Source of the DNA: Utricularia gibba
Lineage: Eukaryota; Plantae; Magnoliophyta
Length of the DNA stretch: 64,000 nucleotides
Direction of reading: 5' to 3'
Assembly (NCBI GenBank): GCA_002189035.1
Contig: CM007989.1
Coordinates: 682,001-746,000 of the forward strand
Position 1 is the stretch's first letter, and each line of letters begins with the position of its first letter. Below are positions 38,506 to 52,590 of the stretch, piece after piece. The notes under the pieces are model-generated. The model did no database searches. It was not told the DNA's origin and was given only the letters and a program-made list of their open reading frames with translations. The translations under genes were made by a program, and so were the position numbers.

Positions 38506-41500
38506 ATGGAAATAGAGGTCACGGGGGGGAGTAATCTCGGGCTATCGGCGACGGCCACGGGAAGCCGGGACGGCGCCGGGGAGGGGTTCGACTTCGAGCA
38601 GTGCAGGGGCGGCGAGGCGTTTCTGGTGTGGGAGGGATTGACGGTGGTGCTGCCGAATTTCGGGCATGGGCCGACGAGGAAGCTGCTGAGTGGGCTGAAC
38701 GGGTACGCCGAACCGGGTCGGATCATGGCGGTGATGGGTCCATCTGGGTCTGGGAAATCAACCCTCCTGGATGCTTTGGCAGGTTCTCCCTTGCCCCTCC
38801 TTTCTTTCCCGAGTCTCTGTCACTTGAACTCATTTTGCAGCGCCTCCCTTCAATGCCGCCGGCTCCACCATTTTCATCCAATCCACTTTTCCTCTTTTTC
38901 AGTTTCAACATCATTTTTAATGTTTTTATTCCGAAATTGGATTCAATACCAATCTACGCACACAACAGCAATTACTTACTGCCTGCTTAGTAGGTGTATT
39001 AGTCTTGATGCATGATTAGTATGGCATTAATTTCTTGGGAATGGTTTGGGGGCGAGCCTCTATAATTCTGGGGGTTAATGAATTAATTACCTGCTGTGGT
39101 GACTCCACACTACCCTACTCTACCCTGTTAATAGTGGCTGTAATAAATGGAGTTACCGCCCTGCGGTTGAATTATGTACGGAGCAACCAACAAATCACTG
39201 TGTTCATGATTGGTCACTGGAGTCAATTCACTTTCCTGCCATGGTTTTTATTTTCATTCAAAAAAAAATGATTCAGACAAAATGTTGGGTGTGCATCAAA
39301 ATGTGTCAAATTTGTGGTGCTCAACACATGTCTCCCAATCAGTGTTGCCCACAGTCACGAAATGATGTTCAATGTTATCTCATTCATGTCCACAGGGAGA
39401 TTATCAAGAAACATTGTGATGACTGGGAACGTTCTCCTCAATGGGAGAAAGCAGAGTTTGGACTACGGTGTGGTTGTAAGTAGCTGACCAAACTTGAATT
39501 TGCCTTTGCCTTGGGAAAGCAATCATCTTTTCTGCTTTTGTGCGTTGGGGCCGGAAGGGATTGCTCTGCGTTGTGTTGGAGTGTCCATTTTGATGTGTTG
39601 GTTGACATGTGCTGTGTCCAGGCATATGTCACACAGGAGGATGTACTGTTGGGAACTCTCACCATCAGAGAAACCTTGACATACTCTGCACATCTGCGGC
39701 TTCCTCGTTCCAGGACCAAGAGGGAGATCAGGGACATCGTTGAAAGAACCATCCTGGAGATGGGGCTTCTGGATTGTGCTGATCGCCTGGTAGGAAACTG
39801 GCAGTTGAGAGGCATCAGTGGTGGAGAAAAGAAGAGGTTGAGCATTGCTCTGGAGATCCTAACGCGGCCTCGTCTGATGTTTCTTGATGAACCTACTAGT
39901 GGGCTTGATAGCGCATCAGCCTTCTTTGTCATCCAATCCATCAAGAATCTTGCACGAGATGGAAGAACCATCATCTCCTCCATCCATCAGCCTAGCAGTG
40001 AAGTCTTCGCTCTGTTTGATGATCTCTACCTGCTGTCTGGAGGCGAAACAGTATATTTTGGTGAAGCTAAACTAGCAACAAAGGTATGCAGTACCAGGAA
40101 TTTTTTTTTACCTGTGCTCGCGCCCTTTTCTTCTTGTTTCGGCAAAAGCTTAACCTTTCGTTGCGGTTCTTCAAGTTTTTTGCAGAAGCAGGTTTCCCTT
40201 GTTCCAGTAAAAGAAACCCATCGGATCATTTCCTCCGCTGCATCAACTCCGACTTCGACATCGTGACAGCCACACTGAAAGGCTCACAGAGGCTCCGTGT
40301 ATGCTGATGAATACTGGCTGTGTTTGTTTGTGTCACCAGTCTCCTCAGGCATTGACTGAATGTGCGATTCATGACAGGACAAGGACGAAACCAAGGATCC
40401 ACTGATGAGTCTAAACACAGCCAACATCAAATCCATTCTCGTTGACAGCTACATGCACTCTGATTATGCAAGAAGCACGAGGATGAAGATGAAGCAAATA
40501 TCTGCAGTTGTAAGTCAACCTAGGCAACTCCCTTCCATGAATTCGAATCGTCTCTAAAAGTATAACAGAGACGACCTCATTTATGCGTTGCAGCGGTCGC
40601 TGGAGCTGGACTCCATCAAGGGGAGCCAAGCAAGTTGGTTGCAGCAGCTCCTGACATTAACACAGAGATCATTCAAGAATATGATTAGAGATGTTGGATA
40701 CTACTGGTCCAGAATAGTCATATACATCATGGTGGCCATCAGTGTGGGAACACTGTTCTATGATGTTGGAACTAGTTACTCTTCAATACTGGCTAGGGGA
40801 GCTTGTGGTGGCTTTGTAACAGGCTTCATGACTTTCATGTCAATCGGAGGGTTTCCCTCTTTTATTGAAGAAATGAAGGTAACAAGAAGAAGATTGGGAT
40901 ATAGCAAGTTTGTTGTGTTTATGATAAATGGAAGACTAATTAATACCTGTGCTGTTGAAAGTAGGTCTTTTACAGGGAGAGACGCAATGGGTACTACGGT
41001 GTTTCTGTGTTCATCCTGTCAAACTTCCTCTCTTCTTTCCCGTTTCTGGTTGCCGTAGCTGTTCTTGCTGGAACCATAACATTCTACATGGTGAAATTCC
41101 GGACTGAGTTTTCACACTACCTCTTCTTTTGCCTGAATCTCTTTGGATGCATCGCTATGGTGGAGAGTGTGATGATGATCGTGGCCTCACTTGTTCCCAA
41201 CTTTCTGATGGGCATCATAGCCGGGGCCGGAGTTCTTGTAAGTAACTGCAAATGGATTCTTCTATAATGAACTTGGTGGAATCAGTAGCCAGCTCCTTAC
41301 CTCACTACAATGCGTGATACAGGGGATCATGATGCTGACGGCCGGCTTTTTCCGGTTTCTCTCCGACCTTCCGAAGCCGTTCTGGCGCTACCCATGTCAT
41401 ACATCGGTTATGGTTCATGGTCACTGCAGGTAAAACCCACTCCCTCTAAACTCGATATGATTAGAGACGTTGAAGCTTCAGGTTCATCCTGATTTCTTTG

Positions 41501-41879
41501 ATCTCGCCTCTGAACACAGGGAGCATTCAAAAATGACATGCTTGGACTGGTGTTTGATCCCCTGGTTCCGGGGAATCCAAAGATAACCGGCGAGGATGTT
41601 GTCACGAAGATGTTCAAACTCTCCCTAGATCATTCCAAATGGTGGGATCTGTCTGCATTGTACGCACTGATCATATGCTACCGCCTGGTCTTCTTCATCA
41701 CCCTCAAGCTCCGAGAGAAGGCAGGCCCCGTCTTCCAGTCGATCTACGCCAAGCAAGTGCTGCACAGACTCAAGCAGCAGCCTTCCTTCAAGAGGAAGCC
41801 GTCAGTTTCCTCCAGTAGGTACCACAACCTCCACCCTTTATCTGCTCAAGAAGGGCTCAACTCCCCATTGCCTAGATAG
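38506..41879 (+). CDS. ABCG half-size (WBC) transporter, ABCG12/ABCG15-like
   Basis: Walker [10 protein letters not shown], signature [11 protein letters not shown], Walker [19 protein letters not shown], then TM domain [34 protein letters not shown]. One apparent 1-nt deletion lies at C-run 41391-41393. Confidence 0.93.
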
Positions 41880-43407
41880 TTCCCCATGGCGACCTCCATG
41901 CTCCCATGGACACTACATTTTCTGTACACATCATCACTTAGAATGGTGCCATTGTAATGAGGAAAATGCTCAGGCATGGAATAAAAAAGAGTATTTATGT
42001 GCACAGAAATCAGTGTGTTCCACCAAGGCCTGAGGAAAGACAAAAAAGATGAAAATTCTCAAGAAATGCACAACGTTTAACCATTTCGACCAGAAGGAAA
42101 AGCCTTTCATTGATACTTCCTCCATCACAAACGCCCTAGAAGCATCGTCCTCGTCCTCTTCTCCAATACCTACACACCCTTATCCTGTTGGAATTCATCG
42201 GAATTCGGAAAATCCGAATGCTGCCACTGCTTCGTCAGAAAAAGGCACTCCACTGCTTCTTCTTCCTCTCTCACAACCTCCGCACCATCATGTTCTATTC
42301 CGTCCGTCTCCCGACATGATCCAAGATTTGACGTCGTCTTCTTCAACAACACCTGCACTCTTCTCCGACGACTCAAGTGCATTTTCCACTCCCGTCGGAA
42401 ACAGTGAATCCCTCGGCGGAGAGCAGTGCAGACGACACCGATTCATGATTCTCCTAAAGAAACTCAAAATTGAAGTTCAGTACTTGGTGAAAAAAAAAAC
42501 GGTTGAAAATGATAATATTTGGTTCTTTTAAGTAAAAAATTGAAGTTCAGGTACTCAATTGTAAATAAAATATTCTTGGAATCAGACAAAAAAAATGCTG
42601 TGTTGTTACCACCTACCAGCCACACCGGCAGCTCAATCGATGCTGAAGTTTTCAAAGGTGAATGGGAAACGAATGGTGGGAGTAGGTGAACAGAGACGCT
42701 GGGAATGCCGGAGGAGAAATGGAAATAGCATGAATTTTGATTCCACTTGGAAATTGACCCGATGATGTAATGTGAAATCACATCCTGTTTTTCTTCTCCT
42801 ACCCCGGCTTCGGTCTCGTCGTCCATGGCTGCTGACCACGCGATTCAGGAGTGGGGCCCGGTAGCCAACCGCCCCCTATATATGGCGGTGCCAACTCCGG
42901 CTCCCATCGTGCGCCGTGGACTTGTTTTCTTCTGACGCCAGTTAACTGCCCAATTTTTAAGTTGTTTAGGTATTTGATCCAACTGAAGCTGGCGAAGTCC
43001 CTTTTTTTCCTTCGAGGGTTTCGATGACGGACGCGCAGATGATTAAAAGAGAGACACCCGTGTTTGTGAGCGCCTCCGCTTCCTCTATGGCATGCTCCCT
43101 GTTTGGTTTTCGTTGTGAAGTTTTGGTTTTTGGGGCGTTGGGATATGGGTTTTAAGTTGAATCACTCATTAGTCTTGTTTTATTGGGTTCTTTCTGATAT
43201 TCAATCATCTGCTGCTTTGCCTTTTTTGTTCTCTTCCATATCTGTTTTTCTTCTGTTTCCATTGATGACGGTAGTGATGCTGAGTAGCTTCGTGAAATCA
43301 CTAGAATCGTAACTTTCTCCTTGGATTTCAAGACACTGCGTAACTTTTGCGAACCATACCTCTGTTTATTTCTGCGAGACTGACAGTCTGTACATCATTT
43401 TGGATAG

Positions 43408-45830
43408 GTCAACGCTGTCGGGCCATCATCAGAAAACGGCTATGTTGATTCTTTCTCTATGCTCAACACTCAACAGGCGATAGAGGAAATTATTGAGCAG
43501 CCTCTTCTCCAGGGAATTGATAATCATCTCGTTGAGTTCTCTGAGGCTATAAGAAGTGCGGTTATGGTTATGCAACTTTACTGCAGTTCTCTTGCTTTTA
43601 TGTGTAAAAATTTGGATAAAATCTGTGGTTCCAGCTGTTGCAAAGGCACTCAGGAGGGTCACTGAAGGGAAGGCTGCTGCTCAAGCTGAGGCCGCTGAAT
43701 GGAAGCGTAAATATGAACTTGAACGGGCACGAAATCTGCACCTGGAGCAAAGTGGTTAGTATCTGTTTCCATAGATGCTGGCAGGCTCAGCTATTGCTTT
43801 AGTTCTCTTCTTTTGTTTCAATTCCAGTTACTCACTCCTTGTTTCCAGGGGGCTGCATTTGAAAGACATGGGAGCAAACAAACCTGGAAAGGTGCCGGGC
43901 CCCTTACCACAGGTAGATGAAAGCACTGAACGGTGTGAATTGTGCCATGGGGAAGATGACATCTGTGTTGATGAGATTCTTCAAGACGAGGAACCAGATT
44001 CTCTCCCTGCCGTCATTTCAAACAAGATGACTAGAAAGGTGAACCTGATTCTGTGCTGTGTTACCAAACTGCATCTTTCATTGATAACTCAAGTAGGTGT
44101 CCTCAATATGCCTTACGTGGATATTACAATCAAAATGTGTGTGAATTGTATTACAACATGGACACCTATACCACATTCGGGGTTTGATGATTACAGCAAC
44201 TTCAACAATGACACTTTTAGTTGGTTAATAGGATTGCTCATATGAATCCCTTTAGTTCCTTGCTTCTTTTCTCTTATTGTGCAACATTTCATCACATGTT
44301 AATTTCTTTATCAGGCATCATTTAAGTTGTCGTGGTGCTACAATGGTGAAAAAAGTAACCGTCATAAACATGATGTTGTATCTTTTGAGAAAGGTGATAT
44401 TACAACTGCAGGGCGTAGAAGTACACAGGTGAGATCTCATATTTTGCACTCCAAGCTACTTAATTTTTTGCTTGATAGCTGAGACGACTTATCCTTTTCT
44501 TTTGGATCCAGATTTCTTTGAAGTGGCTATCCCCACCCCAGACTGTGCTTATACTGACCAAACCAAATTCTAATTCAGTTAGAGTTCTGTTGTTTGCAAT
44601 GATCAGGTGAGAGATGCTGTAAATCTAACTTTTGTACACCTGCTCTCCTTAGATGGTATCCTACTCAGCTAGAATTCTTCATCTCCCCTGTCAGATGGTT
44701 GAAGGAGAAGAAAAGCTTAAACATACTCGTGGAGCCACGCGTGATGTCTGAACTTTTGGAAGAGTCATTGTACTATAGCTTTGTACAAACCTGGAACAAT
44801 GGTAGGTTAAAACTATCCATCCCCTTAGGACCACCATGAAACCTCAATTCATTCTGAAAATGTGTTCAATTTTTTCGCAGAGAAGGATGTGCTTACCCTC
44901 CATAAGAAAGTCGACCTCGTTGTAACTCTGGGTGGGGATGGAACTGTCCTCTGGGTATGTGCCTTCCATCCTGAATTATGATCCATCAGTGGAGACAAGT
45001 GTTTATGCTCCATTTTTTTCCCCTTTTGTTGCAGGCTGCATCTCTGTTCAAGGGCCCTGTCCCACCCATCGTCCCATTCTCATTAGGCTCTCTGGGATTC
45101 ATGACGCCATTCCGTATCCTTCTCTTCAATAAAGACTGTCTTTTTTTCTTTAATGTTTCCGGCATGAAATCTGGAAAGATCTCCGGTGCTATGAAGTTCC
45201 TTAGCCTGTTCAGATAGCGAGTACTATCGTGAGTGCCTGGACTCGATTCTCCGCGGACCCATAAGCATCACACTGAGGCATCGGCTGCAATGCCACATCA
45301 TAAGGGACGAAGCTAAAAGCGATCATGACAACGAAGGCCCCATGCTCGCCCTCAACGAGGTGACGATCGACAGAGGGATCTCATCCTTCCTCACAAACCT
45401 CGAGTGCTACTGCGACAACTCCTTCGTCACCTGCGTGCAAGGCGACGGGCTGATCCTCTCCACCACATCAGGGAGCACAGCCTACTCCCTTGCAGCCGGG
45501 GGATCCATGGTGCATCCCCAGGTCCCCGGGATGCTCTTCACTCCGATCTGCCCACACTCCCTCTCGTTCCGGCCGCTGATACTACCGGAGCACGTGACCC
45601 TCCGAGTGGTCGTCCCCTTCAACAGCAGGAGCCACGCCTGGGTCTCGGTGGATGGCAAGGGCCGCAAACAGCTAGCCCCGGGGGACTCGCTGGTCTGCAG
45701 CATGGCTCCCTGGCCTGTCCCGACAGCCTGCCGGGCAGATTCCACCTCCGACTTCCTGCAAAGCATCCAGGACGGCCTCCACTGGAACCTCCGCAAGACC
45801 CAGTCCTTTGACGGCCCCCGCGATGCCTGA
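43408..45830 (+). CDS. NADK1: NAD(H) kinase 1 (short first exon/start codon not resolved)
   Basis: [120 protein letters not shown]. Confidence 0.95.
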
Positions 45831-46097
45831 CTGACTGATTCTCTGCAAGAGCAGCCAGTCATTACAATAGCTTGTTTCAGTGTTCCAGACAGTTTATTTT
45901 GACGGTAAACTGCGTACGGCTTTAACGGCGTTACCGTGGATCCGTCAAGTTTTTTTTTTGTTTTTACCTGGGTAATTAGTTAATGCACAATTTACCGCTT
46001 TGACGTAAATTGCGATAATTAAAAGAATAATAATAATAATGAATGTCGAGAAAGCGAATGGGCCGGGTCCGGGCCCATAATGAGGTGGGCCCGAAGA

Positions 46098-47663
46098 CTA
46101 AGCAATGATTTCACCTCTCATGCACCTCCTGAGCTTCACGTGCAGGTTCTCCGGGCCCACCCTAATTATATCGCAGCACTCGCACCTGTCGGTCTGCATG
46201 GGAACAAATACGGCATTTGAAGTTTCTATTTTTAGTTAAGAATGGTGCATGGGCGGCTGGCTGACCTCGGTTCTCTTTGTCGCCGGAGAAAGGACTTGAA
46301 TCACGCGGACAAAGTCGGCCGGCCGTCCGCTTCTCCGGTCGCACGGGGGCATCCCACGGGGCGCAGAGCGGGAGTATGTGGTCTGCACTTCGTGGCTCTC
46401 GGGAGCCTTTCTCACGGACTCGAGATGGAAAGCGTGGGAGTGGAGCAAGGTCCGGTAGGGCGGGGGCGCGTGTTGAACATGTAATGCGGCGGGCCTGGGG
46501 TTTCGATCCACGGCTGGAACGTCTCCATCGGAGTCTGTAGATGGTTCCGGGATAGAATGCTCTCGTAGATGTGGGCTACGTACCCCCACGAAATCGACAC
46601 CGACCAACGGTTTCCCCGGTGGTAGCAGATTGTCTGTTGCAGCATCCTTGACTGATCGGCGGCCGCTGACTTCATGAGGTGGCGGGTGGCGCTGTACCGG
46701 TCCATGGACGGAAAAATAGGGTCCACGAAGTCGAAATGGTGAAGGGAGAGCAGAGGGGCGAGCGGGTGGGCTGCCAGTAACCCCGAGATATCCCCCGCAA
46801 ATCAACCTGCATACAACTATTCTCTCCGATTACATCCGTCGTTTTGATGAAAATGGGTCAGTAATGGCGGGGCGTACCTGGTGAGCTCCTTTCAGAGGAG
46901 TGAGATTGGATCCCAGATCAGCAATGCAAGCCCTGGTAGTGTTGTCGGCAGAGTTCAGGTACGCGTATCGTTTCAAGCAGTTGTTCATGTCTCTGGCCAG
47001 AGCTTTCGCCAGCGGAAAGCTGAGGATGATCCCTGCACCACCGAACGCCTGATGAAACGAGAACCAGTAGTTGGAGAAGATGAACTCGGATTGCGCCCCC
47101 AGGTAGTGATACTTCCGATGGTCGTATTTCGCCAGCACATCCACAATGTTATCTACGAAGAAGATCGAGTCGTCGTCCCCCATCACAAGCCACCTCAGAT
47201 TCGAGATCATATTCGAGTTTTCCACTTCCCGGACCACCTCAAGTATCCCATTCACCATCCTCTGCGCCCTGACGTCTGATCTATTGAGAAATCCGCTGAG
47301 ATCCGATGAAATCCGGTACGGGGGAGAGGTTTCTGGCCACGGCAGGAGCGACGGATTCGGAGATTTATCGAGGAAGAGGAACCCATGAGTTGACTGAGGG
47401 CGCCACCAAGATTCGATATAGTTCCGGCGCAATTCCCAGGCCTGCTCGGATCCCACCAGGCCGAAGACCAGATGATTGAGATTCGTCGGGCAGTCGAATT
47501 GGGGGGTTTTGTCGATGAATTCAGAGGAGGGCGACGTCGAGGCAGAGGTGAAGAATTCGAAGATCGTGAACACGAAGTAGAGAATCAAGGCCAAAATCAC
47601 CGGGGCTCTGCACTGCCCCCAGATTGCCCCAGAGTTGATTGACTTCGGGATTCGAGGTTTCAT
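46098..47663 (-). CDS. DUF604 / fringe-related glycosyltransferase
   Basis: TM anchor, TNLNHLVFGLVGS, RWLVMGDDDSIFFVDN, AFGGAG, DLRGDISGLLAAHP..LSLHHFD, and last exon DRCECCDII..KLRRCMRGEIIA*. Two apparent 1-nt deletions lie at 46792-46796 and 46436-46438. An upstream ATG at 47843 is possible. Confidence 0.88.
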
Positions 47664-48302
47664 TCTCCGGGCCGATGCACCACGCTCATCGCGGTGGTTG
47701 CTTCTCAGATTCCAACGCCTTCCCCGTTGCTTCTTCTTCTGGTTCCCGATCGCGCCGTTGGAGAGATCTCTGTTCGCATTGCGTGTTTGCCAGGTGAGAG
47801 AGAAGGTGATGCCGTTCAACCGCCCCTGCTTTCGCGCTCTCATCCACCAATTTTCCTATGAATCCCAATAATAAATATGCATTTTTATTTCAATTATTAA
47901 CATTGAATTTAATTTAATTAGAATTAATCATGATTAATGAAAAATTTTAGGCTGTAAATAATTTATATAAAGATTGAAATAAATTCAAAACGTTTTAAAA
48001 TAAAAAAAAGTATAAATAATTCAATTGTATTTGATTTGATATTTTGCAATGAATAAAATATTAAAAACATTTTAAAAAACAAATGAAAACAGTTATCTTC
48101 CATCATTTGAAATAATTATTCATATTTCCTCAGTAAATTAAAAAAAAAAAAAAAACAGAAAATTTGCAGTATTCATAATTTGGTGATATCTGAGGGGCAG
48201 GGGATGATGGATGGATACACAGACAGACAGATATCTGAAACAGAGCAGTGCAGCAAAGAGGGAGGGAGGAAGAGGAGCTTCCCGTCTAAGGAGCTTTCAG
48301 GG

Positions 48303-48910
48303 CTACTCATTCTCGGCAACTGGAGCGGGTCTGTGGAAGGTATCATCCACGGCCTTGGGCTGGCTGGGGATCACCACGTAACCCAATCTTTTTTCCATCG
48401 AAACGACGTGATCATCATCTTCTTCATCATCGGAAGAGGAAGAAGAGACGACCTCCAGTTCGATCCTCCCGAGAGAGAAGAGAGCCCAGGAGAGGTAGAT
48501 GATTGCAGCGGCAACGCCACCACATCCCACCCAAAAAGCAGGGCACCGAAGACGCTCACGATATCCCTAGAGCGAGCGCGTATTGAGCTCCAGAAGGAGG
48601 GATACAATAAATTGCGGGGGAAATCAGATATCTTCTCCGATCGGGAACCGCCTTCGAGTTCGGGGGTCAAATCGGAGGCACCGCGGAAGCGAGTGGCTGT
48701 GGAGGAGAAGATGAGGGTGAGATGTCGAGGGCCCTGATTGAGGAACAGGGTGTCGGCGTTTCGCGGCAGGGAATTGTAGGGGTAAACCGTGGTGGTGGTG
48801 GTAGCAGACACATAGAAAAGGGTCTTACAGGGACGAGCCCCTGCTGCGGCGGCGAGAGAAAGCACGATGATCACGACGGCGGCGGAGGCAGAAAGGATCG
48901 AGGTCGCCAT
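48303..48910 (-). CDS. Uncharacterised plant single-pass membrane protein (signal peptide-ARPCKT..LLFGVGCG family)
   Basis: Signal peptide then ARPCKTLF, and RARSRDIVSVFGALLFG[fs]VGCGGVAAAIIYLSWALF..MEKRLGYVVIP. Adding one G at 48530-48532 joins the two track ORFs. Confidence 0.8.
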
Positions 48911-49530
48911 TCTTCACGCTGTGATTCGAATTCAGAGAGAAGAGAAGAGAGATTCCAGATCACGTTTGGTCAACGTATAAAGAAAGAGAAGGATCGCCGC
49001 GAAAGTCGATGGATTTAATCCCTAGAAATTTTGGGGTAAATTAAATCCCTAGAATTTGGGGACGCCCTACGATTGCAGATTCTCGCTTTCTAACCCGTTG
49101 ACCTTGACTCTTACATTTTTTTTATAATTAAATAAAAATTCATATATTATACGTACATAATACCATTTAAAAATTGCCCTAATCCAATTTTATGCATTCT
49201 AAAAATAGCAGGGACATATCTTTTCCAACGGTACTTCATGTTACCAATATGCCCTTATTAAATGTAAATAAATATAAGAAGTGGTCTACGTTTCCGAGTT
49301 TCGAGACCAAGCCGAACCGCTGGCCGACTCGAACCGTGTCCCACCGGTTTTCCCACAATGATGCGACACGGCCTTGAAGGTGAGGCCAGTTCTCAATAGT
49401 AACTTCGAGGAGCCTCTGTTGAGAATGAGGAACGTGGGTGATTCTCAAGAGGGTTCCCTACGCAACATAAACCTTCGTTGATTCTTGTCCCAAGAGGTCA
49501 CTTTGTACACACAGAGGGAGACATAGCACA

Positions 49531-49550
49531 CAGCCAAGAATGAATTGCCG
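49531..49550 (-). promoter_or_regulatory. miR169 target site in the NF-YA 3' UTR
   Basis: The + strand CAGCCAAGAATGAATTGCCG differs from miR169 CAGCCAAGGATGACTTGCCG at two positions (one G:U, one mismatch). It lies 55-74 nt past the NF-YA stop. Confidence 0.9.
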
Positions 49551-49604
49551 CACAGCTTGGAGAAGACAAGAATCTGAGTCGTCCGCAGCATCCCTGTCTT
49601 TTCA

Positions 49605-51091
49605 TCAAAGGCCACGGGAATGGGAGGGATGGGGCGGAGGCGGCTCAGATAAGTTGATTTCTGCTCTATACTTTTCCACCTTGTTGGATTCGGATTCTGA
49701 TGAGTTGTTACCGTGAGAAGTAGCTCCGGAATCCATACTATTTGAAGCGTTTACTTCACACTTTTTAGCAAAACGGCCCCCTGAACTCCTTGCTCTCCTC
49801 ATTGCATGTTGATGCCGAGACTCGTGAAGATATGGCTGCAGTGAGTGAAAGGAAGTTCATAGCTAAAAAAGAGAGAGAGAAGGATGCATGGAAAAATCAG
49901 ATAATACAGTGCCTTGCGCTCTTTTATTAGTTTCCTCTCGAGCTCAGCCTTGGCACGGGATTGCCGGCGTCGCAGAATCCCGTGATACTGCTTGGCATTC
50001 ACATATACAGGTTCCTGGGTCATCTCAAGGGGCAGTGGCATTCTGGTATGATGTATGTCATACATATGAGGAACCTGCAGTAAAAACAAATGTCCTAGGT
50101 AGGTGGAAAGAACCTTAAGCATTCATAACATTGAAGCTTCTTCTAGTAAGAGGCAACAAAGAAGTCGATGGAGATTTTCAATAAAAGCATATAATAGCGG
50201 CAAAGTTAGCAAATACTTATTCCTTCTCATTTACAAAACCAGAAAATCGTTGTACCAACGGTTGGCCATAGGGTGCTATTAAGCCTCCATGATATGGATC
50301 ATAAGGATTCGAGCAAGCCTGAAAAGGAACCAATATTTTTAATGTTTATGAGAAACCAATTCCGTCAGCCAAGAAAGAGCAACATCTCACTACTTCTAGA
50401 ACCATACGCCATATAAATGCTGAAAGCTCACCACTGTGTGCCCAATTAGCTCAAACTGTGGTGCTTGGGTAAAGCTCCTGTCATTTCTAGGATGCAGTGT
50501 AGATGAAACCTGAAAGTGATTCTGACTGTCCCGGTTATAGTTTTTGACTGAGGTCGAGAGAGACAACCCATCAGCACTAAATTTATACAAAAGAAATAAA
50601 GGGAAAATATTATTCATTGTACTAAAAATACCATATAAAAGCTCAGGTAAAATTTTTCATGCCAACAATCAAATCCATTTTTGAAACAATGACAAACTTC
50701 AGAGAACAAAAATAATAAAAGATTTTTTGTTCCAAACAAATGAAGGCAATTTCTTGTCACTTTCAAATTGAGAATAAATATCTAAATTTTAATTACTATC
50801 ACATTTACTCCATACTTTTGATGGTAAGCATCAGCATAACTTCTAAGATCTACCTGCGCTTGAAGAATGTTTTGCAGCATCTTCATCTTCCTCATTTATG
50901 CCTTCAGATAGCGAATGCCCATCCACCGAGCGTTCCATAGATGAAGAGTCTGATACATTTTTTCTCATCAGTATACGATTAAAGGAGTTATATACAGCAT
51001 TGTTCCACCAAGGAACAGGGCATGCAGTGGAGTCAACAACACTGAGAGTGTTGGGCGCTCCTTGATTGTCACTCTTTGAATTCGGTTGCAT
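49605..51091 (-). CDS. NF-YA: Nuclear factor Y subunit A (NF-YA1/9-like)
   Basis: [71 protein letters not shown] long 5' UTR intron extends to about 51.7 kb. Confidence 0.95.
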
Positions 51092-52040
51092 ACTAACTTT
51101 TCTCCCAGAAGACACAGGAAGATCCCTCTACACACACACACACACCATCAAGGAAAATTCTAGTTAAAAGTGGCTTCTTTTTCATGTATACCGATTCACT
51201 TTTACATAAATGAAACTATTCCAATCTGAAATCAAACTAGCATGTATCCTTGATTCTCGAGACTATACCATTAAATGAACATCCTTGCTCTCAAGGGCAA
51301 ATACATATGGTCCACTGGTATTATTCCATAATTTCGATGTCTTCTATTTTCAGATATTTCTTAGCCTTCGAGCTCAAAACATGACTCGGTAGAACACAAG
51401 GATTACAGCATAGTAGAAGTTTTCATCTTGATCATACAGAAATATTAAATCAACAAATATTCTAAAGCACTTGATAGCTCCAGTCGTATTTCCTTATTTG
51501 CACATTATGAATGAAATAGGACAGAGCTAGTAAAATAGACAAAGCAAACCAATCCATAATCCAAATGAACCATACAAATCACTCTAAGCAAGTACAAAAA
51601 ACTCCGATCCTCCAGTACCCTACCGCGAACTCGCAATATAAAAAAAGACCCATGCAACAGTATCATAATCTAGAAACATAAAGAAGACATGCCTGTTAGT
51701 TGCCAAAAACTATTGAAACAAAAAGGTCCGATGAGAATCAAGGTCAACGGCCTTCGATTGACGCCTCTTGAAGCATCGGAGAAGAAAGCGCACGGAGAAG
51801 CCGATGCAGTGCGTCAATTGGGGAGATTCCAAGGGCTTTGATTTTGTCACCCTGGAAGCGCCTAGGCGCAAAATTATAAAATACATTTATCTATTTTATT
51901 TGTAATAAAATTATTTATTATTATAATACTTTTTTATATAAATTTTACTTCTTTTAATGACTTTATGATATACTATTTTTATATTCGAAATAAAAGCCCG
52001 AGGGACTAAATTGTAATTACGCACTATGGTATACAATTGC

Positions 52041-52048
52041 GCGCCAAA
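52041..52048 (-). promoter_or_regulatory. E2F site in the ORC1 promoter
   Basis: GCGCCAAA on + equals TTTGGCGC on -, matching the E2F consensus TTTSSCGS, just upstream of the ORC1 5' UTR exon. Confidence 0.7.
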
Positions 52049-52590
52049 ATGGTGATGGCTTACCCCGCCATTTTCCGCTACTTATCCCAGCGGCGCTGCG
52101 TCTCACTCCCCGCATCGGCAACTGCGATCTCTAGACGCTCTACGCTTTTCTTCGTTGCTATACATCTGAATCTGCAACATCCGATCCCAATTCGTTTTGA
52201 AATCGTATGCCGCAGCCGCTGACCGATCTGTAATTGGTTTCTCTGTCGCTGTTTTTACACTATTTATTGGTGAGAATCTTGAAATTCTGATCGATCTTTT
52301 ACTTGGATTGTGTGTTTGGGAGGAGGGCTTTTGTGTGTGGAGAGATGGTTTTGGATTTGAATGGTTCATAGTTGTGATCTTCTAACGGGCATCGGGTTAA
52401 ATCCTGGATTATTTTTTCTACTTGAATGAGCCGAATTCATCTTTTTTCCTTTTTGGGCTGCCGTTGGGATATTGAGAATTCAATCCTGCTCTGTTAATTT
52501 TTCTTTTCGATTTGGTTTATTTCCAATTGTGAGTGGTTTGCAGATTTCTTACCCCATACCTTTTCTTGTAGCGAGAATCGGAGATCGAGG

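Noticed and set aside
49310-49375. tRNA-like GGTTCGAGTC on the - strand with a CCGTGTC/GACACGG stem
   Set aside because: No T-stem pairing, D-arm or acceptor stem, so it does not fold as a tRNA.
50366-50385. Second partial miR169-like match
   Set aside because: Only the first 8 nt match well, and it lies in an intron.
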